This document shows, piece after piece, positions 15,640 to 27,425 of a DNA stretch of 64,000 nt (positions are counted from its first letter, which is position 1; every line of letters begins with the position of its first letter). The notes under the pieces were generated by a model. It was not told the origin of the DNA. It saw only the letters and a program-made list of their open reading frames with translations, and searched no databases. The DNA is taken from contig OZ024747.1 of the NCBI GenBank assembly GCA_964016885.1, positions 48,112,001 through 48,176,000 of the forward strand, read 5' to 3'. The DNA is from Eledone cirrhosa. Taxonomy: Eukaryota. The translations under genes and the position numbers were made by a program.

Positions 15640-18600
15640 TTACAGATATATACTCAGAGTCGGCCCATTCACTCGGGCCATTCTTGCTTCTCTCACCCAT
15701 CTTTCAACAAAATGCTGGGAAGAGAGCACTTCCTTCTCTACTCTGATTTTCCTTTTCAAATGAAATTTGAAAAAGTCAATCAGAGCATCACCGAAGAGGT
15801 AAGTGCTCGTCTTCAGCCCTTTCAAACGTGTCCACCATACTATCTCTTTGGCCATGGCCACCAGACAGATAAAAACTGCCTGCCCTTCCCGGCTAAAGGA
15901 GGAGGGCGGGGCAATCCTCACGATAGACTCAGATGATAGCTGGATCCGTCCTAAACGCGACAGCAGGTGTTCGACATAAACCCACAAGTCAGCAATTTTC
16001 GGACACTGGACGAGTGCGTGCAGGACGGTTTCGTCGCCCTGCGCGCATCTCGGACATGCCCGGCTGACGGCACCTCCATGCCTGTAGAGTTTATCCCGAA
16101 CTGGCAAGGCTCCTCGGTAGCACTGCCAGGCCAGAGATTTCTGGAAGTTGTCCATAGGCCCTGGCCCGAAGGTTCTTCCGAAGAGATTGGCTAGTTGATT
16201 TTCGTCGACGCCTAGAGTTTCCCCAAGTACGTCGTCGCTCTTCCCCTCCACTAATCCTCTATAGAACGCCGAGGTGGAGTTTCCACCGATCACATTGCCC
16301 GATTGGTCGAGGGCTGTGAGCGCCTGAAGACATTCCAGTCTCCAGGCGCTCCCTCTCGGTCTTCGCTTGACCCAGGACTGCAGCTCCGTCAAGGAAACGA
16401 GCTGGGGAAAAACGCGTCTAGCAAACGGCGACCACACCTGATCACCGTCGAGGAAGAGGTGGAGATGTCGTAGCCTGAGCGCGTGCCTGCGCATCATCAG
16501 CCACGGCATGCCCAGCCCTCCACGTAGCGGGTGTTGACAACAGATGGACCGCCTGACCATCGGAGCACGTCCCTTCCACAAAAAGCGAAAGAGCAAACGC
16601 TCCAGCGCAGTCAGGCGAGGCTTAGGACAAGGTACGACGGTTAGGCGGTAGCAGATGACAGACGCGATGTACGCGTTAGCCACCTCCGCTCGACCTTTCA
16701 GGGATAGCTTCCTCTCCGCCCATTTCTGGGTGAGAGAAGCCACCCTGCTCGTCACCTCGTCCCAGTTTTTGTCCGTCTGGAGGTCCGGACCGAACCAGAC
16801 CCCTAGCAATTTAACCGGTCCGTCTGTCCAGCGCCCGACGACGCTGTTGGACGGCATGGACCTGCCTCTCCAGGTGCCGAGCTGCAGGCCCACTGACTTT
16901 TCCTGGTTGATCATTGCTCCTGTCACCGCTTCGTATTCTCTTAGTGTAGTGCCGATCGCCTCGATGTGTTTGGCGTTCGACACCACTACGGTGACATCGT
17001 CCGCATATGCTGACACGGATCTTCCGCATCCTAGTTCGCGCGGGACTCCCCTCAACGTCTCCAGTTTGTGCAGTAATGGCTCGAGAGTCAATACGTACAA
17101 GAGGGACGAGAGGGGACATCCTTGGCGGACCGAGCGCATGATGTTGAACGGTTCCGACAGGTGACCGTTCACTCTCACCACAGAGCAGATGTCGCTGTGC
17201 ATGGCAGCGATCCAGCCTCTGAAGACGGGCCCAAAGCCAGCCGCCCTCAGGACTGCCGCTAGGTAACGATGGTCGACCCTATCGAAAGCTTTCGACTGAT
17301 CTAAATTGATCAAGGACCCACCCGTGCCAGGTTCCCTAGCTACCCTCTCTACGATGTATCGCATGAGGTGGAGGTTGTCGTGGATGGATCTGTCGGGAAT
17401 GGCGCATGTCTGCGCCTCTCCCACCAGACCACCAACGACAAGCGCCAACCTCTTTGCTAGCACCTTGGCCAAAATCTTAAACTCTGTGTTTAGCAGAGTT
17501 ATGGGCCGGAAATTGTCTATGTTATCCCCCTTGTTCGGATCCTTTCTCAGCAGTGCCACCGCTCCTCGGCTCACAGAACTGGGAATTCTCCCGTTCTGTT
17601 GCCAGTTGCAGTAGACGTCCGCCAAGAGGCCTCCGAACAAGTCTGGCATCTGTACGTAAAGTTCATAGGGCAGACCATCCAAACCAGGCGATTTACCCCT
17701 TGTGCAGCCAGTCATTGCCTCCCTTACTTCAGCGGCTGTTATCGGCTTTTCGCAACACTTCGCCTCAGTGGCCGAGAGCCGCGGCAGTCCGTCGAGGTAG
17801 ACACTAAAGTCCATCCCTCTACCCGGCCCCCCGCTGCCCCCGAACAGCTGAGCGAAGTGTCGCTGAAAAGCTTCACACATTTGCCCGGGATCGAGTAGCA
17901 TGCGCCCGTCGTGGTCCACCAAAGACCGGATCGTGGCTTTGTTGCCACGACGCGCCTCCGCCACTCGGGCCCATTGAACGGCTTTCGTCCCCTCGTGTCT
18001 GAGAGCACGCACCCTAGCTCTGACAACGCAGCCTTCGTGCTTTGCATTGAAGAATTGGTCAAGGGCCAATTTCGCCGCAAGCACGTCGGTCGCAATGCCT
18101 TTGCTAAGCGCCTCGTCTAATTTTCTAACTAGTTCTCCCTCTGCTCTATTTTTCTCTATTGCTAAAGCCTTACTAAACCTAATCGATTCTATTCTAATCG
18201 CTCTTTTCAGAGCAAACCACCACTTGTTGTTGACGATGGCCCCCGTCAACGCCCGCTTAACTAGTTCGCTAATCCGGTCTCTGTAGGCCTTGCGCGCTGG
18301 TAAGGACGCGTTTAGCTTCCAGTAGCCGGGTCCTCGTCTATGAAGCCTATCTAAGTCAAGCACACAGATCACGAATTTGTGGTCCGTGTAGCTGACTATC
18401 TTGAATTGTGGACAGCCTATGCTAGACCTATCTATTTCCCTACAAAATACTCTATCTAGATATGATCTGGATGACCCTATGCGGTTTGTCCAAGTCCACA
18501 TTGGCACATTCGGGAAATCCAATCGGTACCTGTCAGACAGTTCAAAACGCCTGAGCAGGTTGGTGAGGCTCTTGCACCCTCCACCCCTATCCGCTAATCC

Positions 18601-19059
18601 CACACAGTCCCAGCGTGCATCTAAGATCCCGTTCCAGTCGCCCACTAACACTAAAGAGCGCGACGTTCCAAGAAAGGTCTCCAGACGCCGGAAGAAATCA
18701 GGCCGCCCTGCTCCTGTCGGGGCATAGACGGCCACTAGCCTGAAAGCTTGCCCGTCTCCGCTGGTCACGTCCAGCACCACCAGCTTACCCTCTGGGTCCA
18801 GGAAGATGGCCCGTATGGCGAGATCCAAACCTCTCCGAAAAAGCACAGCAACTCCTCCACCCGATCCAGGACGGCTGGGAGATGCGTACACATCGTAGCC
18901 GCCGAAGATCGGTGCGAAGGCCCGTGCTTCGGAGATTCTGGTCTCGCTGATGGCCACTACATCTATGTTTAGTGACCTGAGGTCGTTGAGCAGGTGACCC
19001 TGCTTCCATGACGACCCCAAGCCACGCGCATTTATGCTGCCTATTCTGAGTGAGGTCAT
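15640..19059 (-). CDS. Tx1-type ORF2: APE endonuclease + reverse transcriptase + C-terminal CCHC (1139 aa)
   Basis: SINARG, ISETR, VYAP, GDWN, SYLDR, TDH, GYWKLN, KSPGLDG, FRPITLLN, DQSKAFD, VRQGCPLS, AYADD, CPRC..ETVLHALVQC. Confidence 0.95.
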   Translation of the reverse strand: MTSLRIGSINARGLGSSWKQGHLLNDLRSLNIDVVAISETRISEARAFAPIFGGYDVYASPSRPGSGGGVAVLFRRGLDLAIRAIFLDPEGKLVVLDVTSGDGQAFRLVAVYAPTGAGRPDFFRRLETFLGTSRSLVLVGDWNGILDARWDCVGLADRGGGCKSLTNLLRRFELSDRYRLDFPNVPMWTWTNRIGSSRSYLDRVFCREIDRSSIGCPQFKIVSYTDHKFVICVLDLDRLHRRGPGYWKLNASLPARKAYRDRISELVKRALTGAIVNNKWWFALKRAIRIESIRFSKALAIEKNRAEGELVRKLDEALSKGIATDVLAAKLALDQFFNAKHEGCVVRARVRALRHEGTKAVQWARVAEARRGNKATIRSLVDHDGRMLLDPGQMCEAFQRHFAQLFGGSGGPGRGMDFSVYLDGLPRLSATEAKCCEKPITAAEVREAMTGCTRGKSPGLDGLPYELYVQMPDLFGGLLADVYCNWQQNGRIPSSVSRGAVALLRKDPNKGDNIDNFRPITLLNTEFKILAKVLAKRLALVVGGLVGEAQTCAIPDRSIHDNLHLMRYIVERVAREPGTGGSLINLDQSKAFDRVDHRYLAAVLRAAGFGPVFRGWIAAMHSDICSVVRVNGHLSEPFNIMRSVRQGCPLSSLLYVLTLEPLLHKLETLRGVPRELGCGRSVSAYADDVTVVVSNAKHIEAIGTTLREYEAVTGAMINQEKSVGLQLGTWRGRSMPSNSVVGRWTDGPVKLLGVWFGPDLQTDKNWDEVTSRVASLTQKWAERKLSLKGRAEVANAYIASVICYRLTVVPCPKPRLTALERLLFRFLWKGRAPMVRRSICCQHPLRGGLGMPWLMMRRHALRLRHLHLFLDGDQVWSPFARRVFPQLVSLTELQSWVKRRPRGSAWRLECLQALTALDQSGNVIGGNSTSAFYRGLVEGKSDDVLGETLGVDENQLANLFGRTFGPGPMDNFQKSLAWQCYRGALPVRDKLYRHGGAVSRACPRCAQGDETVLHALVQCPKIADLWVYVEHLLSRLGRIQLSSESIVRIAPPSSFSREGQAVFICLVAMAKEIVWWTRLKGLKTSTYLFGDALIDFFKFHLKRKIRVEKEVLSSQHFVERWVREARMARVNGPTLSIYL

Positions 19060-19094
19060 GTTTAAAATAGAGTGGAAAAGATGGGAAAGACCAC

Positions 19095-21195
19095 TTACCG
19101 TATTTTTGGTAGAGGAGGGATGGTTTTTACATCCCTTTTCACTTGATCGTCTGGTGAAGGGACCGTTGAATCGTCCCTTCGGCTGGTCGTCGGCTCTTCT
19201 AAGAGAATGTCTGAATATACTCTTCGATTAATGGTTCCTCCTAGGTCCCTGAAATCACCAACTGCGTTGGGGAATTTCGTTTTAATGTTTGTGTATTGTT
19301 TCTGTGCTATTTTTAGCAGTCTTATGTTAGTTGGCGTTTTGATTGGTGCTGGTATTATGTAGTCCTGTTGTGAAATGTCTGTGTGTTCAATTATGTAAGT
19401 CATTAGTTTCTTGTTGTGTGTGTTTATTGCCGTGCATTTGTTTTTCTGGGGGTGGGGTGTGGTTCTGCTATTTTCTTGTCGTTGTTGCTGGGTGTGTGTG
19501 TTTTGTTGTTGTGTTTGCGATGTTGGTGCTTGTGGTGGTGGTGTTGAAGGTGTTGTTGGCGGTGGGGTTGTCGCCGGTGGTGATGGTGGTGCTGGTGTGG
19601 GTGGTGATGGTGTTGGTGGTGTTGCTGCTGTGGGTCTCTTTGCAGTAGACTTTACCCTTTTCTCATTTCTTTCCTCCCTTTTCAAAGGCGACGATGCGCT
19701 GCTTCTGCGTTTGTGCCTTCTTGAGACCTTTTGCCATCCCTCTCCCACCTCACACTCCATGTCTGATTCTGTAAGGTCGGGGAGGGGTACCAGCTCCACT
19801 CTTTCACTTGTTGTTGTTGGTGATGTTTGCACTGGAGTCTCTGTTGCAGCTGCATTTGGTATTGCTGTTGTTGTTGTTAATATTTCCACTGCTGCTGCTG
19901 TCTTTGATTTCCGTGGAGTGGGTATGGGTGCCACGGACCTATCGTTCCTGGTTGCCGCTTGTCCTGTTGCTGGTAGCCGTGGAACCGGATTCGGGAGGAG
20001 GGGGGTTTTCTCCTTTCTCAGGGTCTTCTCGTTGCAGAAGGCCCTGAGGTGAGTCTTCGATCCACAGCGAAAGCATTTCGGGCGTTTGCCCTCAACACTT
20101 ATGGGCAGTTGAGTGCCGTTATCGAAGTCTATCACATCCGGGATAGCTTCGATGCACTCCTGGTTGGTTTGTATTAGCATCTCAATGGAGGAGCCGACCC
20201 AATCTTCTCTTACTTTTTTCTGTACTTGCAGTACAGTTGTTTTGTCCTCGATTCCGACGAGGACAGACGCGGCCAGCCAAGAAGGGGTCATTCCGGGGGG
20301 GGACGTGGGTCAGTTTGACCCTCACAATTTTTTGCCCGCAGTAGGAGGGCACCAACACCATTTCCTCGCTCCTTAGGGTCACTACTGATTGGGCCTTTGC
20401 CTCCTGGGGTGTGGCAAAAAGTACGTCTACGGTGGCGTATTTTTTGCCTCGGGTGATGTGCGTTTTCCTCTGCCACACAGACCCCAAGGCTTTTTGTATT
20501 TGGGCCTCTGTGGCTCTTTCCACCCTACGGGATTTTGTACTTACTGTACGGTACGTGACCGTACAGTGCTCTTGGGTTTCGAAAAAATTTTTCGCTGCCT
20601 TGCAGATTGCTCGGTGTCCGTTCTTTGTCACCATCTTCTTCGCTTCCTCTAATTCCTCATTTGTTATGAGGATTGTTTCCAGGTTTTTCGCAATACCTGC
20701 AAATGAGATTGGTTTTTCTCTGCTGTTGTTGTTGTCGTCAGAGCTGCTGGTACTTTTGTTGTTGCTGCAGGTACTACGACTACTGCCTCCGCCGCTGTTG
20801 CTGTGGTTGTTGTTGGTGTTGCTGCTGCTAATGGTGTTGTTGTTTATGCTGCTGGTGATGCTGTTGCGGCTGCTACTGTTGTTTTCATTGTCACTGTTGC
20901 TGTTGTTATTACGGCTGCTACTGCTATTATTCCTGACGTCAGACGAATGAACTGGGTTTTCGTATTTCCCGCACACCTGTTTCGTCGCTGTCGTCGTCGT
21001 CGTGGAGAAACCTTGCACGCTTTGCACGAGACTTTTCTTTTCTTTCGTCGCTTGCGAAAGAGAAGGTAGGGAGAGAGACACATTTAAAGAAGGGAGGGAG
21101 AGAGACAATCTTCTCTCTCCTGTAGTGATGATTGAGGAAGAAGAAGACGGAATGAGTGGGAGTGACGTATGAAATTTTTTTTTTTTGGTAGCCAT
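19095..21195 (-). CDS. Tx1-type ORF1 (gag-like, zinc knuckle), split by a frameshift at a G8/C8 run
   Basis: ORFs 20182-21195 and 19095-20291 join as ..LTHVPPGMTPSWL.. if one C is removed from the run at 20295-20302. Knuckle CFRCGSKTHLRAFC; Asn/Ser-rich and Pro/Thr-rich low-complexity tracts. Confidence 0.8.
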
Positions 21196-21407
21196 GTTTT
21201 TTGTTTAAAATGAAATTTTGGGTACAAAACCCCAATAACTGGCTATTTAACCCCGAAGGGCCAAATAACGGACAGAAAGACCCCTCTCACGAGGAGGAGG
21301 GTGTCTTTATCAACAATTTGGTTCAAGTTTTAAACAATTTACAATTGTTTTAACGGTTAAAAATTACTATACCTTACAGAGCCGAGCCTCCGTCAACCAT
21401 GGCATTC

Positions 21408-21508
21408 AATAATAATAATAATAATAATAGCAATAATAATAATAACGACAACAACAATAATAATATACATATTCATATATATATACACACACACGCACGC
21501 ACATAAGC

Positions 21509-21546
<38 letters not shown>

Positions 21547-24500
21547 GATAGCAACTAACAGTGCTGCGATCGAATGTGGCTTTTTAGCCCAGCCAATGAT
21601 CCAAAATGTCTTGCACAGAGTCGGCAACCAAAACATTTACTGGGAATAGTCGGCTGTGGTTGGAGTTCGTGTACTTTTGCATGTCGCTTGAGTCCTCCTG
21701 CTGATTTACATTCTCTACCACATGTTTGGCAAGCATGATGAGTAGCATCTCCAACAGCAGCCTGGTAGTCAACCACTGGTCTTACTTTATGACTGCGAAG
21801 ATGACTTTCGAGTCCAGCTTTGCTTAGGCAGAGTCTCGCACAGACGCTGCATGTCAGAAACATAGGAGGACCCTCGCCGTCTGGAAGTGCAACAGCAATA
21901 CCCTTCCTCACGTCCCGCTTTACTTTCTCGTGTGCGATTCGAGATGCCTCAAAGGCAACTTTTCCCTCATATACAGTCTTTCTCCATTTATTACGATCAG
22001 CAGCAATATTTTCCCATGTATCAGCAGAGATGTTAGCGTCTTTCAGAGAGGCCTTCAAGGAATCCTTATACCTCTTTTTTGGTTTATGTGGCGGTCGTTT
22101 TCCTTTAACCAACTCTCCATAGAAGAGTTGTTTTGGTATTCTAGAATCCTTCATCCTGGCAAGGTGACCACTCCAACGGAGTCGCTGCTTAAGCACAAGA
22201 GCTTCTATACTGTCACACATAGAGCTTTCCAAAATCTCGACATCACTGATGTGGTCCCTCCAGCGAACGCCATGTATCCGTCTGAGACACATCTGATGGA
22301 AACGCTCCAATTGCTTAAGGTGGCGTCGATATGTGACCCAGGTCTCGCAGGCATAAAGAAGACAAGAGAGTACACATGCCCTGTACACCCTTACCTTTGT
22401 CCTCCTGCATATGTCTCGCCGACCCCAGAGTCGCCTTTCTAGCTTTCCGAAAGCATCACTTGCTTTCCTAATCCTAAGTGAGATTTCACTGTCAAGGTTG
22501 CCGTATCGATTGACAGTGCTTCCCAGGTAGACAAACTGATCAACCACTCCAAGTCGTCTGCCATACACATAGATGTTTGGTTCAGTGTACTGCCTACCAG
22601 GTGCAGGTTGGTACATGACGACGGTTTTCTTGAGACTGACAGTCAAACCCAGGGCAGTGCAAGCGTCAGAAAATACATTCAAAATGTGCTGCATATCACT
22701 CTCTGTGTGCGCTACAAGATCGCAATCATCTGCATACAAGAGGTCTCTTATGACTGATGTAAATACTTTTGTCTTCGCAGCAAAGCGCCTGATGTTAAAT
22801 ATGCTGCCTGAGGTTCGATATCGGATGTAAACACCATGCTCGCAATTCCTGAATGCAATACAGAAAACCATTGCAAAGTATATGGCAAACAGGGTCGGTG
22901 CTGGAATATCCCCCTGTTTCACTCCATTTTTTACTGAGATAGGCTCCGACATGTTACCTCCGACATTAACCCAAGCCTTCATGTCGTCATGGAAAGACCT
23001 AACTAAAGCAAGGAACTTATCAGGGCAACCAAGTTTCTGGAGAACCTTCCATAATGCATCTCTGTTGACAGTATCGAAAGCCTTTGTCAGATCGACAAAA
23101 ACCTGATACAGATCCAAGCCCTGTTCAATGCACTTCTCCTGGAGCTGTCTAGCTGAGAAGATCATATCAGTAGTGCCGCGTCCAACACGAAAACCAGATT
23201 GACTTTCAGGAAGGACACAATCTGCAATGTGTGTCAGCAGACGGTCCAGAAGCACCCTACATAAAACTTTCCCCACGACAGAAAGCAATGATATACCTCT
23301 GTAGTTCCCACAATCATTCCTGTTACCCTTTCCCTTGTACAAGACCACCATTACTGCATCTCTCCAGTCCTCAGGCACGGATTCATTAGCCCATATCCCT
23401 CCAAACAGAGAGTGAAGATGTTGCAGGAGTCTCTCACCACCATATTGTAGGAGCTCAGCATGTATGCCATCCATACCTGGAGATCTTCCACTGTTCAGCT
23501 TCGAAATAGCCACTGCAACCTCCACAAGTGTCGGAGGCTCTGCGAGAGCTACTTTCACAGGACTTTCCGGAATGAGATTGAGGAAATCTTCACTGACGAC
23601 AGACGGCTGATTCAAAAGATCATCAAAGTGCTCCCGCCACCTTCGTAGAATTCCCTGTGAGTCACGAAGAAGTTCTTTGCCATCCTTGCTGCGAATCGGT
23701 GTCACCAGAGAAGAAGACGGTCCATAAACCTCACGCAAGAGACTGTACAACAGCTTTGTGTTATTGCAATCAGACGCAGTTTGTATCTCACCAGCCTTCT
23801 CACTCCACCACTGATCCTTCATCTGAGAAAGACTCCGCCTAACACGTGATTTTACATCCCTGAGCTCCTCATGCAACGTATTCCTCTCCTGTGGTCTTGC
23901 CGTCAAGTAGCGTGACAGAGCGCGCCTCTTATCAGCCAACAAGTCATCTATATGCACATCTTTCTCATTAAACCAGTCCTGATGTTTTCTCTGCACCAAT
24001 CCCAGAACACGTCTGCCTACATCATAAACCGACTTTTTAAGGGTCGGCCAATCCTCACCAAGATCTGCAGCCTGCATCTCTTCTTCCAATGTCCTCTTCA
24101 CATTTTTATCCTTAAGACGAGCAGCATTCAATCTTTTGGGCAGGGTAACACCAGGAGCCCGGATTTTACGTTTGGTGATTAGATTCACTTTTGCGCGTAC
24201 CAGGCGGTGGTCCGTCCAGCACTCAGCTCCACGAAGAACACGAACACACCGCACATCCTGTCTGTCACGCATCCTGACTAGGACGTAGTCCAAAAGATGC
24301 CATTCCTTAGATGCAGGATGCATCCATGTGGTCTTGAATTTGTTCTTTTGTTGGAACATGGTGTTGGTAACACACAGATCCAGCTCCTCACACACCTGCA
24401 GCAAGAGCATACCATTGCTGTTACACTTTCCCACCCCATGCCTTCCGATTACATTCCATGTGTTAAAATCCCTACCCACTCTAGCATTAAAGTCACCAAG

Positions 24501-25078
24501 CACGATGACTTTGTCTGCCTGAGGGATATTTCTTAAAACACCTTTCAAGGCATGGTAAAAGGACAGTTTTTCTTCATCGACAGAATTCATAGTTGGAGCA
24601 TACACACTCACCAGGGTAGCATATCTTCCCCTGTCCAGCGGAACACTGGGAATTCTTCCAATTTATTCACCAGTACAGTCTTAACAGCAAATCCCACCCC
24701 AGCCTCTCTTCTGGTTCCTTCATCTCTTCCTTTCCAGAAGAATGTATATTCTCCACAAAATTCCGTAAGATGACCATCTCCAGCTAACCTCGTCTCAGAC
24801 AAAGCCACGATGTCAAGATCGTAACGTCGAAGCTCCTTCGCAACAAGAGCGGTCCTTCGTTCAGGACGCTCCAAAGAATCCCTGTCAAGCAGCGTCCGTA
24901 CGTTCCAGCAGCCAAGACTAAATGCCCTGTTTGGCTCTATTACAATGGCACGATGACGGGCGGGCCCAGGTTGTGATAACTTGGGGCCCCTGCCCTTATT
25001 GCCAATGATCCTTTTTGTTCCAGAACCCAAATTGGCAATTATCTCGTTTACATTGTTCTGGAACATCATTGAATTGGG

Positions 25079-25114
<36 letters not shown>

Positions 25115-25457
25115 TAATAATAGTAATAACAATAATAATAATAATAATAATACTACACTATTAATAATTATTAATGCACTCGTGCAATGCCTGTGCGTGA
25201 CGAATATTTTTAAAGTGAGGAAAGACTGTGCACTGAACCAATCCCACTCTCTGAGCGACAGTAGCTATAACCCGAAAAGAAGAAAAGATCAACATCATCG
25301 GTAACTACTGAGCCGCAGGTTTTATATCGGAGTTAACCCAGTTTCCTGAGATGCCTTCTCCTAGAAGAATACCCTGACATGGGCTAGGGGTTCTTCACTC
25401 CCAGTGGTTTAACTGCGCGATCGGGCATCCAGCCCGATTATTTCTATGTCCCCGCGC
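21408..25457 (-). mobile_element. Near full-length RTE-clade LINE with C2H2 fingers, copy 2 (body and 5' UTR)
   Basis: APE start GCWNVRTLLD..LSETR (24608-25070), then the 1018-aa frame 21555-24611. The 5' UTR contains CTAGGAGAAGG..AACTCCGATATAAAACC. The 5' boundary is uncertain. Confidence 0.93.
21555..25070 (-). pseudogene. RTE ORF (APE-RT-3xC2H2) broken by a frameshifting deletion near 24645
   Basis: ..LEEFP| shifts frame to |VPLDRGRYATLVSVYAPT, and the residues normally between these motifs are missing. Downstream GDFNA, LDY, TDH, KAFD and YADD are intact. Confidence 0.88.
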
Positions 25458-26030
25458 AAAAAAAAAAAAAAAAAAAAAAAAAATTACTTATTGACACTTA
25501 TACGTACGACATACACACACACGCATACATATGCGTGCACACAGCAACACTCACACACACAACAAACACACACACACGCTACTCTACTCACTTACACGCA
25601 CACACACACATATATATATATATATTACCGTCATTACTGATACAAGATTACCAGATTATGTCAACTGTTGACTTTCAAGAGTTTGTATAGTTGAAGCCGA
25701 TCGTATTACAGTCCAGTATTACTATAATTGCTTTACAGCATAGAGTTATGGCTCTCCACGGAGTCAACAAAAGAGAGTACCAGTGATGCGCTGGCCAGTC
25801 GCTGGATCCGTGCCAAAAGCAGAAAAATTATTATTAAAGTTGTTCTTAAGGCCAGGTCGCTGGTGATGGTGATGGCGACGGCGGTGGCGGTGGTGACATA
25901 TATATATACATACATACATACATATATATACATATATATATACATACATATATATATACATACATACATATATATATACATATATATATACATACATACA
26001 TATATATATATACATATATATATACATACA

Positions 26031-26090
<60 letters not shown>

Positions 26091-26284
26091 CATATATATA
26101 CATACATACATACATATATATATATACATAAATATACATACATACATACATATATATATACATATATATATATATACATATATATACATATATACATATA
26201 TACATATATATACATATATACATATATACATATATATATATATATACATATATATACATATATACATATATACATATATATACA

Positions 26285-26577
26285 TTTCGTTTCTGAATTT
26301 GTTTAGCAAGATTCTTTATCTGAAATCGTGTGTTGAAAGAAAGGAAAGGCACAGAAACGAAGAAAGAAATCCCCAGTCACTGAAGAGGTCACAGAGTGTG
26401 TGACGAAAGAACTATGACTATATATATATAAACAACTATCTGGTTGTGGAACCAACCAACCAACCAGAAATTTATAAATTTGTAAATTTATAAATATATA
26501 TTAAATTAAATTGAAGTGAAAGCAACTGGTGCGTGTGTTTCTTATTGGCAACATGACCCTCCCAAAGTATAACAACA
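26285..26577 (+). mobile_element. Penelope-like pLTR-type repeat (family H) copy 1, with inverted ORF-start segment
   Basis: Homologous to 43746-44030 and 61691-61990. Contains a hammerhead and an ATG at 26553 (MTLPKYNN). The continuation [17 protein letters not shown] lies inverted at 26285-26337. Confidence 0.7.
26375..26419 (+). ncRNA. Type I minimal hammerhead ribozyme
   Basis: AGTCA-CTGAAGA-G-GTCACA(GAGTG)TGTGAC-GAAA-G(AA)C-TA^TGACT: full core, 5-bp stem I, 6-bp stem II, CUA cleavage triplet. Confidence 0.85.
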
Positions 26578-26608
26578 TATATATACATATATACATATAT
26601 ACATATAT

Positions 26609-26673
<65 letters not shown>

Positions 26674-26802
26674 CATACATACATACATACATATATATAT
26701 ATACATATATATACATACATACATATATATATATACATATATATACATACATACATATATATATACAAATATATATACATACATACATACATATATATAT
26801 AC

Positions 26803-26849
<47 letters not shown>

Positions 26850-27378
26850 CATATATATATATACATATATATATATATACATATATATATACATATATAT
26901 ATACATATATACATATACATATATACATATATATATATACATATATATATACATATATACATATACATATATACATATATATATATACATATATACATAT
27001 ATACATATACATATATACATATATATATATACATATATACATATATACATATATATATATACATATATATATATACATATATACATATATATATATACAT
27101 ATATACATATATATATATACATATATATATATACATATATACATATATATATATACATATATACATATACATATATACATATATACATATACACATATAT
27201 ATATATACATATATATATATACATATATATATATACATATATACATATATATATATACATATATACATATATATATATACATATATACATATATATATAT
27301 ACATATATATATATACATATATACATATATATATATACATATATACATATATACATATATATATATACATATATATAT

Positions 27379-27425
<47 letters not shown>

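Larger units (their letters stand above)
15377..21407 (-). mobile_element. Full-length Tx1/L1-clade non-LTR retrotransposon inserted in (AAT)n
   Basis: 5' UTR, gag-like ORF1, intact APE-RT ORF2, and a 3' UTR ending AATAAAGAAATC directly into (ATT)n. (AAT)n lies on both flanks. Confidence 0.93.

Noticed and set aside
21276-21308. CCTCCTCGT resembling the HDV ribozyme L3 in the Tx1 5' UTR
   Set aside because: No P1.1 GG, P4 or J4/2; it folds as a simple hairpin.
15967-24773. Antisense and alternative-frame ORFs within the Tx1 and RTE elements
   Set aside because: Shadow frames of GC-richer retrotransposon coding sequence with no motifs.
25728-25900. Possible + strand exon after TTGCTTTACAG
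   Set aside because: No convincing donor or recognisable peptide; it runs into microsatellite.
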